From positions 679,304-743,303 of the forward strand of contig RDEW01000018.1 in the NCBI GenBank assembly GCA_011109175.1: DNA of 64,000 bases. The letters run 5' to 3'. Both the position numbers and the translations under genes were made by a program. The stretch comes from Dicyema japonicum (lineage: Eukaryota > Animalia > Dicyemida). How positions within the stretch are numbered: the first letter of the stretch is position 1; each line of letters starts with the position of its first letter. This document shows positions 37,610 to 50,060 of this stretch, one piece after another. Under the pieces are notes generated by a model, which saw only the letters and a program-made list of their open reading frames with translations, did not search any database and was not told the origin of the DNA.

Positions 37610-38040
37610 TGCTTTCGAAGCCTACTAACTGAATTCACCAAAGGAGTCATTATTGGTTACTATTCGGATGGGAAAACAATCAATGAAATCATAACTGAAT
37701 ATTTCGAGATCCTCTATTGGATTTGTTAATAAAAATATGCAAATACGGGATCTATCAAAAGGAAAATTGGTTCAGGTCGTTGACCAATCAAATTTGTTAG
37801 GTTTGAAATCGAAGAATGCACCGTCAATGTATGCTGTATCTGTGTCCGCTATTTCTAAATATCAATTCATTATTGTTATTTCAATTGGTCAAATTTTGAA
37901 GAGAGATAGTCTCTATGCTCGAGTTGCAAAATTAAACCATTGTTAAATCGAGATGGGTACATGAAAAAACATTTCTCAGCATATCTGATGACAGACGGAA
38001 AACAGTCATTTTCTTTCACGAATAAATGTTTGATGTCATT
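37610..38040 (+). mobile_element. Tc1-like transposase N-terminal relic
   Basis: LTEFTKGVIIGYYSDGKTINEI (Tc1 HTH) and ILKRDSLYARVAK (cf. TI.R.L...GL..RVA.KKP). Confidence 0.55.
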
Positions 38041-38099
38041 AGTAATAAGTCACTACTTTATTATTTATCTAACTTTTATATTTAATTATATATAATTGC

Positions 38100-39060
38100 A
38101 ATTTATTGCAACAAACGTCAAATTCTTTATTGATAAAATGGCAGAAACTTGTCACAAAAAGGAAAATACGGCTATATTTGGGAAACAAAACGTTGGGAGA
38201 AGTTAAAATAAAAAAGAGACATTCTACAGGGGACTCTCTCTCAACTCATATCTTTGCTTTGTTACTGACCATCTTAATCAAATGCTGAAAAAGGTTTCCT
38301 GAAAGTAACGACGGGGAGTCAGGGAAATGGGAAACCAATATATACAGCTAATCAACTTCTCTTTATGGACGATATAAAGTTGTTTTCCCGCCAAAGTCAC
38401 TCAATGGAAATGATGTTGGAGGAAGTTTAATCGTTTTTTCATGCAGCCGGGTTGGAAAAATTTTTTGACAAATCTGCAACAAACGTAAGTCCTTGTCTGA
38501 TAAGCTCATTCCGATATTAAGATACTAATAGTAATGTTCTTAAAGGAGAAATGGATTAAATCTATGAAGCATCTAAGCTGATCAAAAATTTGAGGTATGA
38601 ACGAGTATGCACTCTCACTCTATAACTATTACATTGGATTGATATCCAGCCCCCAGAATTTGAACAGATCAATAAAAATAATCGCAGAATTCTTATGGAT
38701 AGCCACATCTACTTGTAACCGGCAAACAAAAAAGGACTTTATCTACCAAGAAATAAATTTGGAAGAAACCTCAAGTATGTCAGTAACAAAGCAGAACGAA
38801 TAATGACTTGGAACATAAGGCAACTTACTGCCTAAGAAGAGCAGGAATACTACGGGTCATTAATTAGAAGAAAACACACATGCCCACTCTCGTAGAATTC
38901 ATTTCCCGAAAGTACGAAATTAAAAAAATAAAGGATTGACAATGTCGAAATTGATAGAAATACAGCATGAATATCTATTGGAAAAATTGAGAAGAAACGC
39001 AGCATTCTATTTTATAGGCCTTAAAGGTTACCCCCAAGAAGAGAAGATTGAGTTAGACGG
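38100..39060 (+). mobile_element. Decayed R4/Dong-like RT fragment
   Basis: LGEVKIKKRHSTGDSLSTHIFAL, NQLLFMDDIKLF, KSATN, YLPRNKFGRNL; same pattern as 6123-9418. Confidence 0.65.
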
Positions 39061-39689
39061 GAGTTATAAAATAATTACTTTTACTTAAAATTTAAATAAA
39101 TTTCATATTATTATTTATAACATTTCAAGTTCTCTTGAAGTTAGATAATTCTGATTAAACAAGTAAAACCGGAAAAGATCATTGTTATATGAATTAATGC
39201 ATAATTATACTAATAATAGTCATTACCCTTAATTAGAACGATTGCTTCACTACACTGAACTGGAATTCTTGAGTCATCTAGGGAATCGGATATCTGCACG
39301 AACAGGATATCCTCGTGAGCGCTGCTGATTATTTGAGCGAATCTCGTTCTCCATCCAAAGTAGGAATACCCAAGCACTCTTATTTTATTTTGTTTAACAA
39401 TAAATAAATTTACACGACTACAAATACATGTCTTTTACGTATTGATGAAATTTCGTATGTTATCAGGTCACTCGCAATTATTCTGATAAATAATCAACAG
39501 TTTATCTCATTTTGCACATAGACTACACCTTTCTGCCTTTCAACGGTGACTATTGGAGTGTCACTCAATGTAAATAGGCATATAAAGCTGCTTTCTTCCC
39601 AATTGGATAATATCCCTATTCCCCCAACTACCTAATACTGATCATCAGCGTCTACTAAAGGAATCTCAAACTTTGTTAGAACACTAAAA

Positions 39690-40140
39690 TCACTTTCTAT
39701 ATTCACGATAAGCGTTAATAGCCAATACTCCTCGTAATATTGTGGCGATAAGACAAAATATCTCAATATATATTAATCAAACCAGAGTTACAATGGTGGA
39801 AGATCGATTAGAGTGAACAGTGATATTTTCCCCCGCAATAATCATACAAATTAAATATAGAATCGTAAATAAAGCATTTCCAAACAATTCCAGTTGGTGT
39901 TGGTTGATATTTTTATTTAAATTAAATAAATAAATGACAATATGGGTGAGAATGAGTATAACGGAGGATATAACAACGAATATAATAAATCCTCCCCTAT
40001 TCCCAATTAGTGGCAAGTCAATGGAGGCACAAATGAGGATAAAAATATCAATGGTCTAAATATTATATATTACTAACAATTTGAATTATTTGGAGAATAA
40101 AGAGATTAGTCTTTAAGTGATTGTTATCATAATTGAACAT
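39690..40140 (-). CDS. MARVEL-domain-like (CMTM/MAL/plasmolipin-like) 4-TM protein, about 135 aa, two tiny introns
   Basis: ATG at 40140. Introns 40077-40056 (22 nt, TAG) and 39782-39762 (21 nt, GAG acceptor, contains an in-frame TGA). Spliced product MFNYDNNHLKTNLFILQIIQITIDIFILICASI...GGFIIFVVISSVILILTHIVIYLF...ELFGNALFTILYLICMII...IFCLIATILRGVLAINAYREYRK* has four hydrophobic helices. A third 23-nt intron at 39693-39671 could extend the C-terminus. Confidence 0.7.
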
Positions 40141-40399
40141 ATTATGTGTAGTAAGCATTGGAATAATTAATATTGTCACAATTATTATTTTATTATATAA
40201 ATTTAAATTTTCTATTTAATAACGAATAAATTAACTAATTAATTAATTAAGCGTATTTTGATCCAGATTGTTGGTAATCCCTCTTCTTCTCTTAGAAGAA
40301 GAGTGTGCCATAACCATATAAATTTAAATAAATATATATAATTTAAATCATTTAAATTTGATGAAATTGATAGACAAATTGTTTGTACATGGTTAACGT

Positions 40400-43325
40400 G
40401 GTCTTGTGGCTTACCTGATAAGGTGACACCCAGTTTGGAGAGGAACAAAATAGCCAATAACTTCTCCCCACCTCTTGGGGGTTCCCGCAAGCTATATGCC
40501 TCCGACTCCGTCTTGTGTTGTAGTGACATTTGAAAAAACCCTGGTCCACGAGGAGACTTAATAATTCTACAACTAAATACAAATGGAATTTAAAGGAAGA
40601 TCCTGGAACTTCGAGCTATCCTCTCCACAACTCGAGCTGACATTGCTCTCATCCTCCACGCCAACACCCTCATTCCCAGGATACACAGTAATACGTAAGG
40701 ACCGCCAGGGAAGACCAGGTGGAGGACTACTCACAATTATAAAGAACGGTATGCCTTTCATTGACGTGAGTCGACGGACCTCAGAACTTTTGGACTCATA
40801 CATATTATGAGCAGATCACCATCAAAATGGAGTGCTGTACCGTCTTTTAGGATCAACTTGATTAACCTATATATTCCACCACAAGGATCCTGCCCAAAAT
40901 CCTACACCCTAAATCTACCCTGCTCTCAGTACTAAAGAACGCTCTAATATACGGTGACCTAAATGCCCGACACCCGTTTGCTAGCTTCACAGTCCTCTGA
41001 CACCGATTCGAGTTCATCGCAAATGGTCCATTGATATGTTTATCCTGAATGATCCTAAATTACACAAAGAACCCTTTAAGGAGCACTGATAGCTGCACCT
41101 CTCCTGATTTGACCCTATGTTCTTCTTCTTTAGCAGGAATCACTACATGGGATGTGAACTATGGTTTCTCCAGCGACCATAATTTCATCCTTTTCACGTT
41201 AAGAGAATTTCGGAGACGCGAGACATTGCTGACCGAAGTGAAAAGTTTCAAGAAATATAAGAAGGTTGATTGGTCTGGCTTCTCTGACTTCATAAACATG
41301 GAATTGGTCAAAGGACTATCATCCCATATACGTTTGATAGATGAAGTCGCAAAAATCATCAGTGTAGCCATTCAAAAGGCTGATAGCATATTTATTCCTC
41401 TCTCATATACACGAATTTTATACCCTCTATTCCTAAACACTTACACTCAAAAGTAGGAACAAATGAAAAATGCCATCGACGGAGTTGAAATCTATCAGAC
41501 AAGTAAATAAAAATATCAACCAGAGCATAAAAGACCATCAGGATCAGAGGTGGCGTCACCTAATCAATCGCTTTAACGGAAAAATTCATCTCACCAATTT
41601 TGGAAAACACTAAAACAAATTAAATCAGAGTTGGAAGATACGAACGGACCTGCAACCCCTCTCCAGAACATATTTGTCATATACACCCTAATCTACTTAT
41701 GAAACACTACGCCGCGATCAGCTTCAAGAAATTCTCTAAACAACTGAATATCAAAGTACGTGCCCACAAACCGAAACAGAAGTCATCGCCGGATTAAAGA
41801 ACTCACGTGCCTGCGCCCAGACAAAGTTCACCTAAAACACCTAAGCAAATACGCAATTAGCTAGGAAGTTTTTGTCAATGTCTGCTGTCAAGTCGTGGAA
41901 AAAAAAGTTGAATAGAGTGGGGGACAAAGGGGAACCTTGGGGCACTCTGTTTGGGAGTAAGCGTGAACGTGATCTGAGGACCCTCCCACGTCTTCCAGAT
42001 ACAAAAAATTGGAAGAACTCGCTCATCACTCCAATTCATAAGGCCGGAAAAACCAAAAGGAGATCCCAGTTCATTCAGACCAATCCCATTGACCTCTACT
42101 ATATCAAAAATGTTGGAAAACTTGATCCTATCTGTAATTACCCCTTCCTTAACTCAACCGATTTTCCAACACGGATTCCGTAATGGAAGATCAACCACGA
42201 CTCTCTTATCAACGCTTTCGCAGTTCATTGCGGATGATTTCAACACGTACCTCAAAACAGATGCGGACAACAATGGTTTCGATTGACATCAACAAAGCGT
42301 TTGACTCGGTACCGAGGAAACATTTAATTGGAAAAATTTTTGATTCAAAAATTCGCCCTAACTTGAAGCTAAGGCTGGCCATCTGTGGCCACCTCAGATC
42401 ACGTTTACTGCCAAACGGAGTGCCCCAAGGTTCCTTTTTACCCCCACTCTATTCAACCTTTTCCTTCACGACCTGCCAGCAGACATTGACAAAAACTTCT
42501 TAGTGCTTTCTCATGCTGACGATATTATCATTGCAACAAGAGGCAGTTCGACATCAGAAGCAGTCTCACTCGCACAGAAAAAGTGGATTGTATCCACTAT
42601 TGGTTGATTGCTAACGGTCTTTCGGTATTGGCTCCAAAATCAACATACACTTTATTCACTTTTGACCGGCGGTCCAAAGAAGAACCAGAAATCTTAATCG
42701 GACATACTCGGATGCCTGTCACAAGGAACCCCTTAATCCTGGGAGTGACATATGACAGGCTACTTAATTTCACCTCCCATGCCAAACAAGTCTTCACCAA
42801 AAAACTACAGAAATTGAATTTCACACGTACCCTCATCCAGAAGACCCCATCGAATATGAATAAAACAATCGGAACCACATACCGCCAGACAATCGCGCCT
42901 GCTGTAGAATATGCCTATGCTGCGTGGAGATTCGCGTTATCAGAGGCCAATATCCAAAAACTAATTTTACTGCAAAGGAATACAATACGTATGCTGGGAC
43001 CACAATGTGGAACAGAAATACCTCCCCTGCTGACGGAATCTACAACTCGTATATGTGGTTCCGGATTTCTCCGCATTTGCGAGGAAGATGGACACCCACA
43101 AAGCCTCTCACTGTTCCACGCAAAAGAAAATCGGTTGGCTAAGAAATTTTCTTCCCCAGTCGGCTTCTCTGCAAAGATCAAAGAAGGCATCGACAGTGGG
43201 AACAATGGAGACGCACAGGCTTCGGATGGCACGTTTGGTTGCGGGAACTAGGATCACCTAACTAGTTGAATTTACTTTTGTCTTTCTTTCTCGGTGATCC
43301 CTGGGATTAATAAATAAAATAATAG
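40400..43325 (+). mobile_element. APE-RT LINE family B (diverged relative of A), near full length, with 2A-like motif and an internal inverted duplication
   Basis: CSDI*KNPGP-RGDLIILQLNTNGI, SSDHN, IDINKAFDSV, GVPQGS, SHADD, ends GTRIT*, then 3' stem-loop and TAAA tail. Confidence 0.88.
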
Positions 43326-43369
43326 AAAAATACGCCAATTGCTTAATACGTTGAGGTTGCACTCGAAAA

Positions 43370-43770
43370 CAGCTGATAGGAGGTTAGTATATTATCGACA
43401 CAACATGTTGAGATACGATTGATATTTCGATATTGACTGAAACACAAGTACTATTAAAGGAATCTGATATTTTCTTTTACAAGATCAAATACTAAATAAC
43501 TCTAATTGAAGTGGCGATTACTTCAAAGAATCGCCTTACTCACAGTTGAGTTCGAGAAATGTCACTAGTATGACCTACTTGCAGGAGAACTCTCACTTCT
43601 CTACGACTTTCAAGTAAAATTATTCTGCTATGACCTGAGTGGAGTTATCACTAAATGCTTTAAAAATTACATGGAAATGCTATCCATTGAAGACGCTACG
43701 AGAAGATAAATCCAATCAGTCGTCTTAAAAAAACTTTAGAAAGTATGGTGGTTGAAAATAAGCACGCAGT
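43370..43770 (+). mobile_element. R4/Dong-like RLE C-terminal fragment
   Basis: KESDIFF...ITLIEVAITSKNRL and GVITK...IQSVVLKKTLES parallel the C-terminus of the element at 6169-6620. Confidence 0.6.
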
Positions 43771-43999
43771 TAGGGTCTCCAGTGAAGACCTGATATTTGG
43801 TTAGAGCCCATTTGCGGAATTGACATGAGCCAACTATGGTACACCATTCGACCGCTGGTAGAGAAGTGGCTAACTATGGAGAAAGGGAATGAGGTTTGGT
43901 TGGTGGTACATTCCTCTAAGAAAAGTAGAGCGATTACCAACGATTCAGAAAATTGGTTAAATAATGTTAAATGTTTTGGTTTAACTTAAACATTTCTTT

Positions 44000-44350
44000 A
44001 ATTTTGAAGAAATAACACTGTGCAGTTGTGAGTATTTTCGGTAGAATATACCAAGACTTCACAAGAATAATCGCTATCACCTGTCCTTTTTATGGTATAG
44101 GTTGAGACAGCTCTGAGATCTCTCATGAAAAGATACGAATGACATAAGCCAATGGAAATAGTTTATGCTGAAAACATTGATTTTGTGAAATGGCTGTGAA
44201 TATGAACAGTTGTCAGTCACAATCCCCAATAAAAGACTGATTTTGAACGTCAACCGATTTTGTAACAATTACAAGAGAACCTGAGCACATTGAATTCTGT
44301 CAATAAAACAAAATATAAAATCACTTTGGTTTCTGTAGATTCCTATATTC
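44000..44350 (-). mobile_element. Possible hAT transposase relic
   Basis: LLGIVTDNCS...SFVSFHERSQSC weakly resembles hAT GIxTDGAxxM...HCxxHQxxLC. Confidence 0.3.
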
Positions 44351-44567
44351 AATTTCATATGTTGAATATAAAAAGCTTATACACATTGTTTAATGGTGAG
44401 GACATCATCTACTCGTCTTTTGTTTCCGATAAAGAACCTTTAGGTAGTAGTTAGCTGCATTCGTTCTAAAATAATAAATTACTTAATTATTCCACCTAAT
44501 ATGAGATAATAGTGAATGAACCCAATGTTATATTTAACCCAAATAACGATATTAATTAGTGAAGTAA

Positions 44568-45405
44568 CTATAATTGAAAATATTTTCTGTTGTATTTAAC
44601 AAGAAAATAGTAGGAACAATCACTGTAAATGCAGCAGCACACAAACTGGCATTATATATTTGATTTCCAATATTAACTTCGTATTTGCAAAAAAGTTTAT
44701 TAAACTTTGAGTTGTAAATGGCTTTAATTTTAGCTTTAAATGGGCTGCTGATTTAAATCTGTAATTTCTTTCAAACTGACATTTTAAATCTAAATACATG
44801 TTATTATAGATTACCCTTTCCAGTAAAATCTGTATAATTATCAGTTTTCGAAATTTGTATTTTCATGTGATCTATTTTGACAAATTCGGAATAGGAAAAT
44901 TTTACGAGTAGCTTCTCACTGCAATTATAATAACCGTTATTTGAGATTATGTCTTTATTATCAATATACATGTCCATATTACCTAAGTAAGAATAATTAA
45001 TTATTTATATTACTTCCATGATTATTCTTTATTGCTAATCCAATTGAAATAAAATATGTTAGTCGATTTGAATTCGATATATACTAAAAGTTATATCATT
45101 TTTCTTCCATATAAGTTTAGAACCACCACGTGTCAATTTTTTAAAATCAAAAATTGCGTCATTTAAATTTACATATTTCACCTTTTTATTTATAATGATA
45201 CTACAGTATTGTTAATTTTATATTCAACTTCAATTATTCCACTAAATAACATTACAACCCGGTCATCCTCATTCACGCCCCACATTGGGACTTTATTATA
45301 CAACATTTCGATTGTCTTAGTATTCTTCATCACTGATTTATTGATTATTAGACACGTGTATATAACTATTATTAATTTATTGTGTAAACCTAGTAATTGG
45401 AGCAT
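44568..45405 (-). pseudogene. LAMP-like paralogue 4 (disrupted, mosaic)
   Basis: Same N-terminus, a 23-nt (or 20-nt) intron GTAGTATC...AAAAG, a 31-nt intron at 45013-44983, NGYYNCSE; several frameshifts and a degenerate TM/tail. Confidence 0.65.
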
Positions 45406-45659
45406 TTCACTGCAATTGTTCTAATTATGAATCAAAATTATTTTATTTAAATAATATTGAATATAATAATAATGATTTTAATTTTTATTAATAATAATGA
45501 TTTTAATTTTTTATTAATAGCTTATGCATCTCCCAACAGCTGAATAATTAAATTAAAATTAACTATTCTTTTTCCTTATAATAAAACTATTATTAAATAA
45601 ATAAAGACTAAAAATAATAGAAATGTTGATTGCGGGATCTTGAATAGTAGTGAATCTGG

Positions 45660-45910
45660 TTTCCATTGATGACGACGATTCTTATCTTATCTCATACGGA
45701 TGATTTAATTATTGCAAAAAGTAACCGTTTTGCATCTTTCTCAGCCACCAATGCTTAACTGAAACTGGATAGAGTGCAAGAGTGGTAGATATCAAAGTAT
45801 CTTGTAATACCCTCCCCAAGTCAACATGCATGTCGTTCACCTCTGATCGGCGGAGTAATGAACACAAAATCTTGATTGGTTATCTTAGTCGTGTAAGATT
45901 CCCAATTTGT
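45660..45910 (+). mobile_element. Short LINE A/B-like RT relic
   Basis: KSTCMSFTSDRRSNEHKILIG matches KSICSTFTSDRRSKDEPSLFIG of family A. Confidence 0.55.
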
Positions 45911-45974
45911 GAGACGAGACTCAAAAATTCAGCATGCTACACCGAACGACCATATGTCTATAATAATGTAAATA

Positions 45975-47590
45975 CAGTCGAACCCCGGGGTGGGGCATCA
46001 AAGTGCCAAAAAGCGGGGGTGCCCTCCAAAACCGGGGTTTGGTTCAAACTATTGATTTATGGTTGATTTAACTTAAATTTTTGTTTACTTTGCGAAAAAG
46101 GAACTTCTTCACCTCTTCCAAAGTGTTTATAAAATAAGTTGTGATTTTTTGCTCTATAGTTTGATAGATTTTTATTCTATGTTTTTTATTCGATTTTTAT
46201 TAATTAACAAATCATTATTTTTAAAACATTTTTTGAAATAATCAGTCAATTTCAAATTTTTTTTATTTCTTAGATCTTTTCCAAGTTGAAATCTAAACTC
46301 ATTATATTTTTGTAATGTCTCAAAAGATGTATTTTGAGCTACATTTTCTAACTTATCCATCATTTCATAAGTTTCTGATATCGTTGTTTTGTCCTCTGTG
46401 TCAACTCCATTATAAAACTCGCAACTCTTGACTAGATCTTCGTTTTCTTCAGATATTACTTCAGGTCTAAAGGTTGAATCAAAGATGTTGTGTTTTTCAG
46501 AAGAAAAAACAATTTAAAATTTGAGTATTCCAATAAATAATGGCATGTAGCATTATTCATTATTAAAAGTATTTTTCTATCTTGTGAGAGAAAGTCGTCG
46601 TTAATCTTTGAAAGCCACATTTTGAAAATTTCTCTATTTATCCAGGAATTTTTTACGCTGCATATAAAATACAGAATTTTTCACAATCAAAATCTATGTT
46701 AAAATATAATTAATCAAACTTTTCATACAACGTTGTGATTTGTATTTTCCAATAACAAGGGGTCTTAATTTATTTCCTGCTGCATTACAGCAAAGAAAAC
46801 TGTTACTCTTTCTTTACTGAATTTTGTACCATGACATGCTTCTATAGATTCGACATAAGATCTTGAAGGAAATTTTTTAACGTACAAAAATGTTTTATCA
46901 CAATTAAAAATATTTTAATGACCATAAGTTTTAAATAAATCATCGAATTGAAAGAAAAAAATTGGCAAATTACTTTTGTCTGCTGATTTTTCTTCACTAC
47001 AAATGGTTTTAAAAACCAGATAATGTCTTTTCTTAAATCTGTCTAACCAACCGTTTGAAGCTTTAAAAGATGTTAAATAATTCAATTTTGTGGAAATTTT
47101 TTTCGCGATGCCTTTGATTAATGTACCCGAAATTGAAAATGAATCTTGCATCAATCGACAAAAAGCATTAAAAGTTAATTCGTCAAGTTTTTCAAATTGA
47201 TTTACTTCATTAGAAACTGGTTCAACTTCATCTATTTGAACTAATCTTTAAATGACTTATCCGGTATTAATGAAAAAAGAAATGTTTTTTTTGATTCGAG
47301 AAATAGTGCATTTGGTTACCTTGAATTTTTTTGCAACTTCTCTTTCAGAAGAAGTTTGTAGACACTTTGCAATTTTAATTTTTGTTTCAATAGAAATCTT
47401 GGAAGGCATTACACAAAGATACGTATCACGTGTTCAAAAATGATATTATTCAAAGTAAAGTGCCCCATACTGAGGTTTTAATAATTACCAAATTTGGAAA
47501 TTATTAATGGAAAATATACAAGAAAATAAAATCGGCCCAAAAATCGAGGATGCCCCAAGGCGGGAGTTTTCTTGGGGCGGGGTTCGACTG
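45975..47590 (-). mobile_element. pogo/Tigger-like DNA transposon (1616 bp), defective
   Basis: Perfect 13-bp TIR CAGTCGAACCCCG (45975-45987) / CGGGGTTCGACTG (47578-47590), TA on both sides; minus-strand FKASNGWLDRFKKRH (CENP-B HTH), IFNCD, SKERVTV. Confidence 0.9.
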
Positions 47591-47809
47591 TATTAAGGAA
47601 ATCATTCATAGAACAATAAAACTATCTAACTTTAGTCTTATTATATTAGACTAGGAGTTAAGACTTTTGTTCATTATCGGACTTTTCTCAACTTTGTCAC
47701 TAACATCAATAATACCAAGTAATGCTTTTGAGTTCTAATTTCAGCTATTGCCCCAGTTATATTAGTATGAAACCTATTTCAATCACTGATAGAATTTAGT
47801 TAACCAGAA

Positions 47810-48330
47810 AATTTTAACTATGATGATGGTGCTTCTGCCAGAGTTTTAACGTTAAATTCAAACTTAAAAAACTACGAGAATAATCTGGCCGATTTTGAAT
47901 GAGGTTCATTGGGCATGAAGCGTTCGATAATCCCTTAGATAGTGATCTTGTGATTGTCTGATTGAAGCGTTCGATAATCCCTTGACTCCTTGGATTGTTA
48001 GTCATATTATGAAATTGTTAGACGTTTAAGAAGTCACATAATGCTCTTACATGGAATGTCACATTCTGAGATTATTTTCCGAATAATTTCTCTTTTCACG
48101 AAAAAATATCTTTCATTGCAATATTGTTCCAATGTGTTGTGTCAACAATGGGTCAATTGATGAATTTGCGAGACCACTAATTTCATCTCTTCATGATTAT
48201 CAGAGATGACAATTTTGTGGTTTCCATTTGTGTCTTTAAGGTATAACCTCCCATTGATGGATAAAAAATTCTTTGACTTTTGAGTTAATCGGTATTTTTT
48301 GTCTTGTCATTAGATCGATGATCCCCTTCT
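47810..48330 (-). mobile_element. Retroviral-type integrase core relic (Ty3/Gypsy or Ginger)
   Basis: NNPRSQGIIERFNQTI (cf. PxHPQSQGxxERxNxTL). Confidence 0.55.
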
Positions 48331-48899
48331 CTTCCATTATTTTCATTATATCCATTTATTCATGGGTTGTCTTAACGAAACACCGATCCATCAGCTTAAC
48401 TTTATAAAACACGCCTGTATTATGCTATTTAAAATTTAAAAACTGTTGCGCCTTCCAAAAATAATTAAATTATATTTTTTTAATTTTAAATATAATAAAT
48501 GAGAAAGACATGTGTAAAGTTTTATAAAAAATGCTTGAAATTGTGAATTTGAGCTTCCCATGAGAGAGTGAGAGAGTGGTAATAAAAACCAGACCGAGAC
48601 GAAAGCCCTTAACACATCCAGAAATAACGCTATCGTGGACTATTTCAACTCTTTCTGATTGCAAATCTAAGAGGTCAACCTCATAGGCATTCACCATCAG
48701 ATCGATCCTCACGGAAGGCCCATCTGAAGGCCCAAAAAGGTGCCTTTTATTGCTAACCTTTGGTGTATACCTAAGATTTTAGAGAAGCAGGCAACAGGCT
48801 AATGGGCCGATAACTACAAGGGTCTTCCGAAGGTTTTCTTAGATTCTTGCAAAACCCAGTTCCGTCTACTTCTAACCCTGGGAAAGTAACCTTAAAAGC

Positions 48900-49800
48900 C
48901 TTACCGGTGCCTCCAATAACTTACCGGTCCCTTTTGAAAGGCCCATCCGTATCTTGATGTGGTGACGGAAAGCCAGTTCTCAGACCACATCCAGAAAAGC
49001 GACTCTCTTTTATTAGTAGACTCGTCCTCCAGTAGATACCATTACCCGAATCGCTCCACAAGAGATGGCGACCAGTATACAGTATACGGAAACCGGATCC
49101 TTTCTCTTAGTCTCGTTGAGGAACTCGAGAAAATTTTCAAGAGTATTTATTCTCCTCCAGAGGGACCTGACGTTTACGGAAATGATGTTGTGCATCATTT
49201 CGACACATTCTCCTTCCAATAGAAAAATGAATATCCCCAAACATATAAGGGGAAAGATAGACCGCTGCTGCAATAATTTTAACCATTTAGTAGATAGTGG
49301 AGGCGAACTATTAGCCATCCTAATGGAGGGCGCACGCAATTGAGAAACCTGTCTTTTGACTGGCCTTCCGCGAATGTGCCTCCGCAAATTAAGGAACTTC
49401 TCTTCACAAGTGCAGTGAGAGCTCGAGTGGCCAAATCCTTGTACCTTGTAGAACTGGATTGCCACGAGTCGCTCTCGGCTCACACCAAACCTAAGGTTTT
49501 TTCTGCCTAGGCAGATTTTTTTTCATCCTAAAAATTGGAACGTAATCTGATCTTCATGGTCTGGAGCTTTTTCCTCCACTTTTAAATCGTCAATCTTGAG
49601 CGCAGGTGAAGTCCTTGTTAACCTTTTCAAGTACATCATCAAGCTAACCGAAGACCGGACGGAACCACTCTCTTCCCATGAGAGAGTGGTAAATACCTTG
49701 CCTGGGACGCAACCTGTTTCGATAGCCTCTTCCTTCCAACCTCTCAACGACAGCAACTGACCCAGGCTCAGAAGGCTGAGACTTAAAAGATAAAAAAATA
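48900..49800 (-). mobile_element. Gag/ORF1-like relic with a degenerate CCHC knuckle
   Basis: IQFYKVQGFGHSSSHC (cf. QCYKCQxFGHxxxxC) in ORF 49013-49483. Confidence 0.45.
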
Positions 49801-49829
49801 CGCATGTCTTGGAGGACATTTCATCTTCT

Positions 49830-50060
49830 AACCAATGGCATCGAAACGACAGGAATAATTGGAAGCAGGTCACTGACCCTGCTAAACAGGATCAGCTCGC
49901 TCATCGCGAAGAAGAAAAACGATAGGAGAGAAAAAAGCTGGCTCATTGAGCGCATTTCCTTGCAAATCGTTAGGGGAAATGTGTTTTCAGTTATGAGAGC
50001 AGCCATCAGTTGCTAACTGTTAGTTTTTGTGTTATAATAAATTGTTTTCCATTAAAAAAA
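49830..50060 (+). mobile_element. 3' end fragment of the CRE-like element
   Basis: IETTGIIGSRSL...REKSWLIERISLQIVRGNVFSV, then AATAAA and an A-run; parallels about 3290-3511. Confidence 0.8.

Noticed and set aside
48555-49692. Direct repeat cttcccatgagagagtg as a target-site duplication
   Set aside because: The outer flanks do not rejoin into a continuous pre-insertion sequence; more likely a rearrangement breakpoint within gag-like relics.
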